This document shows positions 41,874 through 54,864 of a DNA stretch of 64,000 nt, one piece after another. Under the pieces are notes generated by a model that saw only the letters and a list, made by a program, of their open reading frames with translations, was not told the origin of the DNA and made no database searches. Origin of the DNA: Selaginella moellendorffii. Its lineage: Eukaryota; Plantae; Lycopodiophyta. Made by a program: the position numbers and the translations under genes. Position 1 is the first letter of the stretch; every line of letters begins with the position of its first letter. The stretch spans positions 457,137-521,136 of the forward strand of contig NW_003314341.1 of assembly GCF_000143415.4 (NCBI RefSeq), read 5' to 3'.

Positions 41874-44080
41874 CAATGCAAGGTGTTGGAGACACCTAGA
41901 AAAATTGACTTCAAGAAGTCAAAAGTAAAAGTTCCAAAGTGCAAAGGTTATATCGATGAAAATTGAGACTACTCAAGATGGAGTAGTGGGATTGAGATAG
42001 AGACGGTGTCTCTAACAAGTTTAGCGAGAACTAAACCAATAAACGGAAAGAACCACCACAAGTGGTCCAATCAGTCTCTAAGTTGGAGAGACTATCCTCC
42101 TTAGAGGATGGACAAGGCATGGTGAGCCTTCGGGGTCAAACCATAGACAAATATTGGCCGGGTGCCAAGGATGGGAATTGTAATATCTGCGGGTGTTACT
42201 TTATAAAAGGGTTTACCATTCGATGAGGACATCGAACTTCGTCTATGGGTGGTGGAGTTGTGAGACACAAAATCCCTAGGCCCCAAAGTGGAGCTGGAAA
42301 GGGTGCCACGTGGTAGTGGCCGAAGTGAAAGCCAAACAAGTGTAACACGTTTGGACTAAAAGCTCTGACTTGGAAGGTCGAGAGCGGGAGTGGAACTCCC
42401 AACAAAGTGCTCAAGGAGTGAGCACAAAGCGAGCAATAAGCAAGGCTCCAAAAAGGGACCCAAAAAGGACCAACACATGACACGTGGAAATGTCCGAGAT
42501 GGAGTCCGAGACAGACCCTAGTTGGAGTCCGAGATGGACCCGAAGTGGAGTCTGATATGGAGTCCGAAGTGGAGTTCGAGATGGAGTCCGATATGGAGTC
42601 CGAGATGGACCTGAAGTGGAGTCCGAGGTGGAGTCTGAGATGGAGTCCGAGATGGACCCGAGATGGAATCCGAGATGGAGTCTGAGGTGGACCGAGACGG
42701 AGTCCGAGATGGACCCGAGATGGAGTCCGAGATGGACCCGAGATGGAGTCCGAGATGGACCAAGACGGAGTCCGAGATGGAGTCCGAGATGGACCGAGAT
42801 GGAGCCCGAGATGGAGTCCGAGATGGAGTCCGAGAAGGACCCGAGATGGAGTCCGAGGTCGAGACGGAGACCGGGACTGAGACCGGGACCGAGACCGAGA
42901 CCGGGACCGAGACCGGGACCGAGACCGAGACCGAGGCCAAGGTTGAGACCGAGCCCGAGCCCGAGCCCGAGTCCGAGTCCGAGTCCGAGTCCGAGTCCGA
43001 GTCCGAGTCTGAGTCCGAGTTCGAGTCTGAGAGGGTGAAAGCCCAAAGCGTTCGTCTCCCAGACCCTGGGGGGTTTGGTGAGCTCCAAAAGTATAGTAAG
43101 GGGGAGGACTGCAGTGGAGCCAGTTTGGCCAGGAAAGGCCAGTTTGGCCCAGGAAGGCCAGACCCAGTGTTGGGTGATGAACTGACCACTGGGAAGTCCA
43201 AGACTAGAGTGAACACGGACCGACAAGCGGGGTAGCTTGGTGAAGTGTTCAAGAGCCGGCTCTAATTCCCCCGAGAGATCGACTGGCCGATGCTCCCAGT
43301 CCAAGTGTGGGTGGCACTACCTACTTGGATACTAGGCGTGGCTCAATGGAACCTCGCTCTAAGCCCATGGCTAGAGCACCCAAGGGCGGAAGGCGGGGAA
43401 AGTACCTAGGTGGCTTGCGTAAGGCCACAGTGTTCCGAAATGTCGTCCCAAAGGCCCAGACTGTGGAAAGGAAGAGGAGCAGTCCTCTGGGGTGTGACCA
43501 AGGACACAGTCGTGTGGTGATGAAGTCCCAGAGGACCGTGGGACTTAGTGGTTTGGCCTGTGGGCCTCGATCCAGTGGCAGTGTTGGCAAACACGGCCAA
43601 AGGCAAAAAGGGACTTAGTGGGGACTGATATAGGGATATTGGGGAAGGCTATTCCCTTTGTCGGTGGGCATCTTAAGGATGCTAAGGAGTGGATCTGGGT
43701 GACCACTCATGGATGGTTGGCCCAGTCTTGGAGAGACAAGACTGTGTTGCAAGTGGTATTGGACTACCAGTGCAGCAAAGGTGATTGGACATGGCCTTAG
43801 CGTAACAGGCTGCTATGTCAGTGGTACCTTTGAGTGTCGGTCATGGGATCGGACACATGGAGCACTTGGACCAGGTGCAAGGGTTGAGTGGCATGGATGC
43901 CATTCTTGGGGATAGCAAGTCCTAAGTCCTGAATTGGACTTATGGAGGTTGTGAATGAGACTCCTCCAAATGGTCGGAGGTGTGGTTAAGTGACTAAAGT
44001 AGAATGGAAAAATTAGTCGCTTACAGGTGGATGATAATATAACTATGGGGGAGTCTAAGGGTAAAGTGAATATGGATGGA

Positions 44081-45124
44081 TGTGAGATATAAAAATCCCT
44101 AGGCCCCAAAGAGGAGCCAAAAGGGTGCCACATGGTAGTGGCCGAAGCAAAAGCCAAACGAGCGTAACACATTTGGACTAAAAGCTCTGACTTCAAGAGT
44201 CAAGAGCGGGAGTGGAACTCTTGACGGAATTCTCAAGGAACGAGCATGAAGCAAACAATAAGAGAGTCTCTAGAAAAGGGGCACAAGAGGACCAACACAT
44301 GACCCAAGATGGAGACCGAGATAAAGTCCTAGATGGAGTCTGAGATAGAGTCCAAAATAAAGTCCAAGATGGACCCGAGATGGAGTCCGAGATGGACTGA
44401 GATAGAGTTTGAGATGGAGTCTGAGATGGATTGAGATAGAGTTTGAGATGGAGTCTGAGATGGACTGAGATAGAGTTTGAGATGGAGTTCGAGATGGACC
44501 CAAGATGGACTTGAGATGGAGTCCGAGATGGACCTGAGATGGAGTCTGAGATGGACCGAGATAGAGTTTGAGATGGATTTCGAGATGGAGCTAAGATGGG
44601 TCCATCTCGGGTCCATCTCGGACTCCATCTTGGACTCAATCTTGGTCCATCTCAGGCTCCATCTTGGACTCCACCTCGGACTACATCTCAGACTCCACCT
44701 TGGACTCCACCTCGGACTCCATCTCGAACTCCACCTCGGACTCCACCTCGGACTCCATCTCAGACTCCATCTCAGACTCCGTCTCGGTCCATCTCAGACT
44801 CCATCTCGGACTCCATCTCAAACTCCATCTTGGACTCCATCTCGGTCCATCTCGGACTCCAACTCGGGTCCATCTTGGACTCCATCTCGGACACTTCCAC
44901 GTGTCATGTGTTGGTCCTTTTGGGTCTCTTTTTGGAGCCTCGCTTATGGCTTGCTTCGTGCTTGTTCCTCGAGCACTTTATTGGGAGTTCCACTCCCGCT
45001 CTTGACCTTTCAAGTCGGAGCTTTTTAGCCCAAACATGTTATGCTTGTTTGGCTTTCGCTTCAGCCACTACCACGTGGCACCCTTCCGGCTCCACTTTGG
45101 GGCCTAGGGATTTTGTGTCTCACA
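44081..45124. repeat. Head-to-head fusion of two family A LTR 5' ends (~1 kb imperfect inverted repeat)
   Basis: TGTGAGATATAAAAATCCCTAGGCCCC at 44081 and GGGGCCTAGGGATTTTGTGTCTCACA ending at 45124. Orientation switches inside the 12-mer array near 44595-44608 (AGATGGGTCCATCT). Confidence 0.85.
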
Positions 45125-47982
45125 TGGATAGTTGGCATGAGAAAGAATTGTATTGGTCTTGGCAAGGACTTAGACACAAGTAAGAAGTGTTATAAAGGTA
45201 AGGTCGTGGAGCTGATGGTGTGAAAACACCAAATGTGCAAAGGCGTGATGCTATGAGGTTAAGTTGGTGGGTTCATGAGAACCCCTTCCTAAAGGAATCC
45301 TAAGCATAGCCTAAGCTAGAAGGCATGCGATTGGAGTGTGGTGACCCAAATAATGATGGAGGTATGGAAGCACCAACAATGAGTTGTAGGACTTGACAAC
45401 TATGAGGCAACTAAGCAAAAGGTCCAAAATAATTGGTTAAATTGGTAGAAAGTAACTACCTAAGACTTCTTATTGGGATAAGGAAGTTAGATATATTCTT
45501 GTGGGGGATAAACTGCTTATGTTATGATATAATAAATCAATGTCGTAAAGGGAATGCTCATTGTCAAATAGGCCATCATTGGGACACCCAAACACGCTAG
45601 AACACCAGAAGGTGGTGTTTAGTGTTGTGAGGGCAATAGATAAGGCCCAAGGGACTAAGTCCCTAGATAGAAGGTGCTATCCAAATGTTTAAGGTTGCGG
45701 AGATGGGAAAAGTCCATCTACCCGAATTAGACAAAGCCAAAAATGGGATTTTAGCAAATGATGGATAGAAAGTGCTATCCAAATGTCTAAGGTTGTGGAG
45801 ACGGGAGAAGACCGTCTACCCGAATTGGACAATGCCAAAAATGGAATTTTAGCAAGGCTAGTGATGGGCATATAAAGGCCAATAAGTAACAACGTTAATC
45901 TCGGTGTGTGGGATTATAAGGTGAGTGTACCCGGATTGAGGAACCACTTCCTAGGCTATCAGGTAGGTTCATCCCTAAGAAATATTTGTTAAGGCATGGT
46001 AGAAAGTGCAAAGTTATCCTTTTAGTCTGGAGGTGAATAACTGAAGGAAATGTGTGAGGCCAAAAGCAAGTAATAAGGGGATAGAATCAAATAATAGGAA
46101 TCGAAGGGCATAACCAAGGGTGGTTATATCAGTTGAGAGTGGAAAATCAAGTGGGTGCTCGAGCATATTGTTGCTAGCAACCATGGTCTCATAGAGAGTC
46201 TAAAGCATAGAATTGTCCATATTAGACCATGTGGTAATTAGAAAGCTTGCGAAAAGAAATGCCTTAGCAAGATAAGGGACAAAGTTCCTTCAAAGTTCCC
46301 AGAGACAATTCTAGGTAGCTTAGTACCTAGAAAGCCAAGTGTAAATGGTTCATAAAATGTGCAAAATTATAGTGGCGCAACAGAAGCGTAGTCTTGAAGC
46401 TTGCTATAAGGCAATATTATCAAGGTTGGGGAAGTAGTTCCTGAGATGGATATGAACAAAAGTCGATGGTCAAAGACTTTCACACTTATGCATAAAACCA
46501 TGTTACGTTGGTCGGATGATTTGCTAAGTGAGATTGGCAAGTCAAGGGAACAAATCCCATAGTTGAAGGTGCTAACTTCAAAAAGGGTGGCCCATGGGGC
46601 CAAGTATGGAAGAGTCCATACATGATCACAAACTTGTCAAATGAGAGGACTTGGTAGTGCAAAAGAACTAGATTCCTAAGTTGTGATCTATAGTGCACTT
46701 GAAGTATAAGTTGGTGCACCGGTATGGGGAGTCACGCTAGACATCCTGTGTGATGTCGTCCGTAGATGCATATGCGGAGGTTGGGTTCAAGTCCCGACCC
46801 TCTAGTGCTTGGGTTTGAGTCCCAAATCACTAAGGTGTGGTGATGGTTTTGAATATGAGGACACTTATATTTCGGTGGTCATGGACTCTCAGTGAGGAGA
46901 CTGGCTTGAACACACCACCAAGCGGGAGATGCCTTGGAGTCGTGATGCACAATTAGATTTCTTAGAGTGAAAGCTCGACATATCTAACTTGAACACTTTG
47001 GTGCAAAAGGCACTGAGAACGTGGTGAATGAGATGGGGACACCCAATCTCAAGTGCTATGGACCCTTGGTAGGAAGGGCTAACTTGGGTGCACCGCCAAG
47101 TGTGGGGGATGCCCCTAGGGTCATGGTCAACAAGTTAAAGGTCTAGAAGACTTAATACCTATTGGCAGACCTGTTAAGGTGACAAAGGTTAGATCACTAG
47201 GTAATCTTATGGCTAAACTTGTGAGGCTAAGGAATAAAGTTTTTAGTTCAAAGTGTTAATTTGAACTATTAATAATGGTGTGGCTTAGTCAAGGGGACCA
47301 AGTGGGAAGGTCACCTAAAGGGAAATTAGTTGTGCTGATACGATGGTATAGTGAGTCCAAGAAAATAGTCTCTAGGAAAGACCCATGGAAAGGTCGTAAA
47401 GTGGGGCTATGGATAGAGCCCATAGCAGAAAATGCTAAAAAAACCTACTAGGGGTGAGCACCCTCTAGACTTAGCAAAGTTGAGCCTTTGCCATGGAACC
47501 AAAAGAATACTTCAAGAATAAGCTCTATTTCGTTAAAGTGGGAATTGTCATTATCCCACTTGTAAAATAAGGTTTCCAAACCTTTATATAGTATATAAAT
47601 ATAACAAAATTCAACTGCATTGAGGCACATGCCATTTTATTTTAAACAAGGAAATGTCTACTCAATCACTTCTCCTCCCCCTGCCACTGCTTCACCTCTC
47701 TCTTCTCCTTGTCATCGTCGTCCAATTTCTTTCCATCCTTTTAATATTGGCTCAGTTGCTCCGAGTCTAGGTGGAGCCCAAGTCCCCATTCAATCTTTAC
47801 TTTCCCATTAGTAATAAAACAACTTCGTAGACTTCCAATAACATGCTGTAACACTTCTAGTATAATGCAAATCCTCTCAAAGAATTGTATTTTAATATTA
47901 ATACAATGGCATGGAACCCCATGCCATAATAAGTTACATTTTTAAATAAATACATGCCATCTCAGACTGTTATTTTTTGCCT

Positions 47983-50606
47983 CTAACGCCTATACAATAA
48001 TCTTGGAATTTCATCACTCTCCACACTATCAGGATTTAAACCCAATAGTAATGCCATCTCTTCTCTAATACGTCCACGCTCATGTTCAGTGGTCGAAGAA
48101 CCCATCCGGTTGAGCAGATTATGGAGATGCGGATAGTGCTTGGCTAGACAATATACATGCCATAAATGATGACTGGTGTCTGTCCGATCAAATGGCTTCT
48201 GATATACCATTCCATCTGCCATTTGGTTGATTTCTGCAGCCACCTCCTGGACTGGCCGGTTCTCTATCACCATCGCTCCAAGCCATTTTGCAAGGTCCCC
48301 CAGAACATACGGTTTCTTCTCCCTAGTTTCCATATTGCAAGAGATGGGGTGCACTGCATATGTGTGCGTGTTCGCTGCAGTTTTAATCGGCGAGTCATCG
48401 ATGATGAGGATTTCACTTGAGCTAGCAGTCCGGTTCATCACTACAGCCTCTGGCTTGACAAAGATGGGCTTGCTACCCCTCACATGGACCATAGTCAAGC
48501 AATCCTCCTACGTTAGGAGAAAGTCAAATGGTAATATTACTTGCGTCTGATCGTGCATCATCTGTAGCAACGTTAATGCATTGTGGCGCATCATGGATGT
48601 CCAAACTCCCAATTGCAAATTGAACCCGGCCCTCTGTTTTAAGTGTCGCATGGTCATTATTAGATCCCGCAGTTTCTCCCGTGTGATTAATGTGAATCTG
48701 TCTCTTTTGACCAACTTGCGACCGCAAGCTTTGGAGGGTGCAATGACATTCGAGGACGAGCCACGCTCATGGGAGAAAAGGACACCGTTCAGATAAAAAA
48801 CGATACAGTACCTTCACCGTGACTCTGAAATGAAATGCGTCAGCATAAAAAATGGTACAAGTCAATTTTACCATCTACAATATTAGCGAATGTTGCTCCC
48901 GATGGTCGTTGAGAGGGTTTTGGTCGAGGAAACGTGAAGGGCGGAAATACTCTCCTCTGCAATGTGGGGTCAATCGCATCTGATGGCATGTGGGCACATG
49001 CCATTTCAGCTGTAGACTCTGGTACAACTGGCTCAACAGTGGCATGGGGTGGTTCCGATGGCGTGTGATCACACGCCATTTCAGCTGGTGCCTCCATTGG
49101 CAAAGTGGACATGACCGAACAGGCAGCAGGGGCGGTGTAGGGAGGTTCCAACGGCGCGTAGTCAGACGATTGGGCACACGTTGAGTCCGTTGGAAATGAG
49201 GATATGACCGGCTCGGCGGCTGGGGCGGCCTCATGTGGGTCCAATGGCGCCTGGTCACCGTCAGTTGGATACGTGGACAAGATTGACTCAGTGGTATGGG
49301 CAGCATCAAGTGGAGCGTGGTCAGCTTGCTTGGCGTTGATATGGATAGTAGCCTCCACCAGCTCTGATGACTCTTGCAGCCAAGTAGAGTTCACTGGCGG
49401 ATCCATATGCATGTCCAAATATCTCCCTTCGATTGAGATGGTATCCTCCCGTGCTACTAAAAACAAACTCATTAGCACATTGAATCGACTATACTGTATT
49501 TACCATCAACTGCTATTGAGGAACTAGGACCGATATCACTTGAGCGCACTGCTGATTCTGAAGGATTGGACATACGTTTTGACCCTTGCTTGGCACTATC
49601 CTTCCTCGACACTAAAGGCTAGAGTTTGTAAATTCAACTGAATAATCTCTACTTACCATTTGCTCTGCGACCTACATGGACAATGTTAGAAATGGTAAAA
49701 GGTTAGGAATGGATGTATTATTATTTACCTGATGGTTTGCTGCCTCTTCTTGCTCTTTCTGCTCTTTGCGGCTCTTCTTTTTGGTGGGTGTAGTGTTCGA
49801 ACCCGAGGCAATGGCATCACTGAGTAGCTTCTTTTTTGGAGCAGGAGAGTCGGACGTCGGCTTGAGCTTGACCACCCTTTTCTGCTTTGAGGTAGTTTCC
49901 AGATCGACCCCCTTCCCCTTTGCTTCGCGAACTGGAGTCACTCTCAACGGCTCAATGTTGGAATATAGTTTTTGAACATCGCCGTAGGTGAGGTCCGTGG
50001 ATTCCATGTGATCTTCATAGACCCGCAGCGTCTTTGAAATTGTGGGCCTCCTGGACAACCTCTCCCTAGCTCCCTCTAGGAATTCCTCATAGCCGCTGCC
50101 CCCCTCCGGGAAGCCGCTAGGATGTGCAAGGTGGATCTTGAAGGCAGACGCTGTCTCTACCACAAGTGCCAGTCCATATTCTTGCATGGAACTGCATGGA
50201 GTGTCTGTCACTTGGATGAGGATCCCCATGCATTCTTTTCTCCCACCATCTGTGTTGTACAGCCTCAGATCCTCGCCTTCCATCCCGAAAGTCCAATTGG
50301 TGAGCTCCTCCCCCTTCTCTGCATCCACATTGACAGTGGCTGGAAGAAGAATGCAATTCCTTGCCTGTTCAGAAATGCACAACAATTAGAGCTGACAGAT
50401 GAAAAGCTAGTAGCTGGAAATAACGTGAGGCCACACGCCATTCACCACTGCATCAGATGTCTTGAGGCTGCATCCTAAGATGGCGTGAGGCTACACGCCA
50501 TCTGTAACCGGACTGCACTCGAGAGCCCAATCGGTGCATGCCAATGTTGCTATTGAATGGCATGTGGCCTCATGCCATTTTCTACTTGGCCTAAAAGACT
50601 TACCAT
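47983..50606 (-). pseudogene. Transposon accessory gene with C-terminal FCP1/NIF-like HAD domain (two premature stops in this copy)
   Basis: Candidate ATG 50606-04, intron 50603-50365, exon 50364-49729, micro-exons, P/T/A-rich exon ~49456-48872, last exon from ~48824. The last exon reads YCIVFYLNGVL...LGVWTSMMRHNA...FLLT*EDC...KPIFVK...ILIIDDSPIKTAAN...AVHP. Stops TGA (48814-16) and TAG (48508-10) look like C-to-T changes of CGA and CAG. Confidence 0.65.
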
Positions 50607-51264
50607 TTGAAGCCGAATGGAGGCGTGACAACCGGACTCGCTGGCGAATGTGCACTGTGTGTGCAGCGGATCGTAGCAGCAAGGCTACTCTGCCACTTAC
50701 AGTTGGAAAGTGGCGCTGAAATCTCCCGGGACGCCAAGTGGGCTGCGTGTGGGTGGCGGAGTGGGCGGCGGAGTTGGCGGCGAAGTTACAAACTGGGTGT
50801 GTCTTGAAGTGGACGCCGATGCACACGAGCGCGATGCGATCGCGAGTGTGATGCAAGCGCGAGTGGACGCCGATGCACACGAGAAACCTGTAGAGAAGTG
50901 GGAGCGCGAGTGGGAGCGCGATGCGAGCGCAAGTGTGCGAGCGCGAGTACGAAGCAAAATGCAAAACCTAACCTCACACGCGTGAAATGTCACGACGGTT
51001 GGTAATCCCGCCACGTCATCATTTCTCGGACTTGGGTGCCACCATTAATTTCTGGATCGGCGCGCGCATGCGTGAAATCCAAAAGAAATCCGCAACGTCA
51101 TCATTCCTCGGACTGCATGCACGTGAAATCCAAAAGAAAGATCATGATTGGGATATCATTTAATACCCTCGCTATATTTATACCATGCATGATTGGATAT
51201 TCCAAAGCATCTTGTATTTCCAAAAATGCCAGATGTTCAGCTAAATAAATTGTCAGAGGATGAC

Positions 51265-54082
51265 GTTCAAGCATGTGGGCTCATGCAATTTTGATCCCAA
51301 AAAATGCACCAAAAAATGCTCGGCGTCATCTGGCGTTATCTCTTGAATGGCGTGGGGCCGCATGCCATTTTCAGGAGCACATAGGAGTATATTCCTAGAA
51401 TATTCTGACACGCGCGAGATTGTTTTGAGTTTCCTGGAGATCCAACCGTTAGATCGCAACTAGATTTTACAGAATGGTATACAATGTCCTTCTTGATGAC
51501 CCTGCAAAGAAGCATCTCGATCGGACACCACATGAGACCACACGAGCCTTACAATGTTTCAGGGGCATTTGCCATAGATCCGACCGTTATTTTGCTCCAA
51601 GATTCTACAGTTTGGTGTGCATTGACCTTTCCATCGACACTGCAAAGGGACATCACAATCAGATGCGGGATCACAAGAAACCAACTTCACTAACTCTGGT
51701 TTCACCAAGATCTACGTAAAGAGTTATGAAATGAAAGGACCCTCTCTATTGAAATGTGTTTATGGTCCTAGGGGCATTGTGACATATCCAAGGATTTTGC
51801 ATCAAGTTCTGTATTTGCATGTTTATCAAGCTACTGAATTGCTAAACCCTAAACCCTAAACCCTAAACATGTGGCAAATGCTGCGTGAAGAAAGATGCCC
51901 TTTCTGGGCAAATGCTGTAAGAGGCAGATGCCGAGCAGATGTATCTCAGGCTAGTGAAGGGGACAAACGAAAGCTAGCAACCAAAGGAATGTAAGTAGGG
52001 CATGTGTTTGTAAGTTTAAAAATGCCTCAGCCATATAAATTCCCAAGTAAATAAAGCTGTTTCTATTTTTGGTACAGGTAAACTTTATAGCGTGTGGGCT
52101 CATGCAATTTTGAACCCAAAAATGCACCAAAAAATGCTCGACTAGCATTATTCTTTGAATGGCGTGTGGCCTTATATTGCCATAAATGACACAGCATAAT
52201 TATTCCTTTACACGGCGAATAATCTTGGAGCACATAGGAGTATATTCCTAGAATATTCTGACACGCGCGAGATTGTTTTGAGTTTCCTGGAGATCCAACC
52301 GTTAGATCGCAACTAGATTTTACAGAATGGTATACAATGTCCTTCTTGATGACCCTGCAAAGAAGCATCTCGATCGGACACCACATGAGACCACACGAGC
52401 CTTACAATGTTTCAGGGGCATTTGCCATAGATCCGACCGTTATTTTGCTCCAAGATTCTACAGTTTGGTGTGCATTGACCTTTCCATCGACACTGCAAAG
52501 GGACATCACAATCAGATGCGGGATCACAAGAAACCAACTTCACTAACTCTGGTTTCACCAAGATCTACGTAAAGAGTTATGAAATGAAAGGACCCTCTCT
52601 ATTGAAATGTGTTTATGGTCCTAGGGGCATTGTGACATATCCAAGGATTTTGCATCAAGTTCTGTATTTGCATGTTTATCAAGCTACTGAATTGCTAAAC
52701 CCTAAACCCTAACCCTAAACATGTGGCAAATGCTGCGTGAAGAAAGATGCCCTTTCTGGGCAAATGCTGTAAGAGGCAGATGCCGAGCAGATGTATCTCA
52801 GGCTAGTGAAGGGGACAAACGAAAGCTAGCAACCAAAGGAATGTAAGCAACCAAAGGAATGTAAGTAGGGCATGTGTTTGTAAGTTTAAAAATGCCTCAG
52901 CCATATAAATTCCCAAGTAAATAAAGCTGTTTCTATTTTTGGTACAGGTAAACTTTATAGCGTGTGGGCTCATGCAATTTTGAACCCAAAAATGCACCAA
53001 AAAATGCTCGACTAGCATTATTCTTTGAATGGCGTGTGGCCTTATATTGCCATAAATGACATAGCATAATTATTCCTTTACACGGCGAATAATCTTGGAG
53101 CACATAGGAGTATATTCCTAGAATATTCTGACACGCGCGAGATTGTTTTGAGTTTCCTGGAGATCCAACCGTTAGATCGCAACTAGATTTTACAGAATGG
53201 TATACAATGTCCTTCTTGATGACCCTGCAAAGAAGCATCTCGATCGGACACCACATGAGACCACACGAGCCTTACAATGTTTCAGGGGCATTTGCCATAG
53301 ATCCGACCGTTATTTTGCTCCAAGATTCTACAGTTTGGTGTGCATTGACCTTTCCATCGACACTGCAAAGGGACATCACAATCAGATGCGGGATCACAAG
53401 AAACCAACTTCACTAACTCTGGTTTCACCAAGATCTACGTAAGGAGTTATGAAATGAAAGGACCCTCTCTATTGAAATGTGTTTATGGTCCTAGGGGCAT
53501 TGTGACATATCAAAGGATTTTGCATCAAGTTCTGTATTTGCATGTTTATCAAGCTACTGAATTGCTAAACCCTAAACCCTAAACCCTAACCCTAAACATG
53601 TGGCAAATGCTGCGTGAAGAAAGATGCCCTTTCTGGGCAAATGCTGTAAGAGGCAGATGCCGAGCAGATGTATCTCAGGCTAGCGAAGGGGACAAACGAA
53701 AGCTAGTTATAAACATGACGGGATGCAAATAGATTACTAGGCTGGTCCTGCGAAAATCAAAAACCATAATTGAAAACATTGAAAATGCAAAAAGAAAGGT
53801 TTATAATATTTTTGAATTTTAAGCAACCAAAGGAATGTAAGTAGGGCATGTGTTTGTAAGTTTAAAAATGCCTCAGCCATATAAATTCCCAAGTAAATAA
53901 AGCTGTTTCTATTTTTGGTACAGGTAAACTTTATAGCGTGTGGGCTCATGCAATTTTGAACCCAAAAATGCACCAAAAGATGCTCGACTAGCATTATTCT
54001 TTGAATGGCATGTGGCCTTATATTGCCATAAATGGACGTACACACACAGCATAATTATTCCTTTACACGGCGAATAATCTTG
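51265..54082. repeat. Tandem array of ~853-870-bp units (3 full plus partial), each with 3-4 plant telomere repeats
   Basis: Identical ORF-track entries at 51474, 52327 and 53197 give periods of 853 and 870 bp. (CCCTAAA)n tracts at ~51842-51868, ~52696-52720 and ~53565-53597. Confidence 0.95.
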
Positions 54083-54864
54083 GCGCGGATCGCTGACATG
54101 GCATGGCAAAGTTCGAATCACTGACATGGCACAGCTGGATCGAGGCAAGGACATGATGTGACAAAGTTCAACCTCCGACAGCAAAGTCTAGAAGCTACTC
54201 AGTTTGAAATTTGTCAGAGGAATCATAAGATCTGGTTTGTCAGAAGATTTGATGTGACGTTCAAGCGTGTGTTATTTTTGAATTCTCGAACTCATTCCTA
54301 GGTCTATCATTTTTGTGCGCCGTGTTCTTGGTTCCGCTGAGCGCAGTGAGCGCTGCTTGTGTAAGCGGCGTTGTGAGCTGTGGTTTATGCGTCTACAAGC
54401 GGTTGCGGCATTGCGAGCGCCATTGCGAGCGGCAGTTTATGCGAGTGGCAGTTTGTGCGAGCGGCGCTACGAGCGGCGCTACGAGTAGTTGCGGTGTTGC
54501 GAGCGGCACTGTCTTTGGTGTGGCTACCGCTTCCTCTTGATATTCGGCACTTGTGCTTCCTGGTATGTTCACCATGGAATGGTTTAGGACCACATTTAGA
54601 AATGGCATGAGGCCACATGCCATCTTGGGCCCTTGCAATTTCATGGCTAGCGTATTGTCATGTATGTTTTTACTTGCCTGCAGCTGTGTGTATATCAAGA
54701 TGGCATGAGGCCTCATGCCAATTTTGTGAATGCGAAATTTCACGTGGGTGTCAATAGCATGTTTGAATAATGGCATGTGGCCTCATGCTATTTGGTATGT
54801 TATGATTTAGGCCATTCTCCAATCATTTTTTGTATGGTCTTAACTTCTTTTTTGCACTTTCAGA

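Larger units (their letters stand above)
33326..44025 (+). mobile_element. Family A host copy (5'-truncated; internal 33326-33901 and 41879-42258; 3' LTR 42259-44025)
   Basis: Internal sequence is continuous across the nested insertion (GTGCAATG|CAAGGTG). PPT ATGGGTGGTGGAGT, then LTR TGTGAGACAC...GTCGCTTACA. Confidence 0.85.

Noticed and set aside
51474-53442. Thrice-repeated 69-107 aa ORFs
   Set aside because: They are by-products of the tandem array, with no recognisable domain or splice structure.
51842-53597. CCCTAAA tracts as a chromosome end or telomere-healing site
   Set aside because: Only 3-4 units each, at the same place in every array unit, inside a TIR-bounded element.
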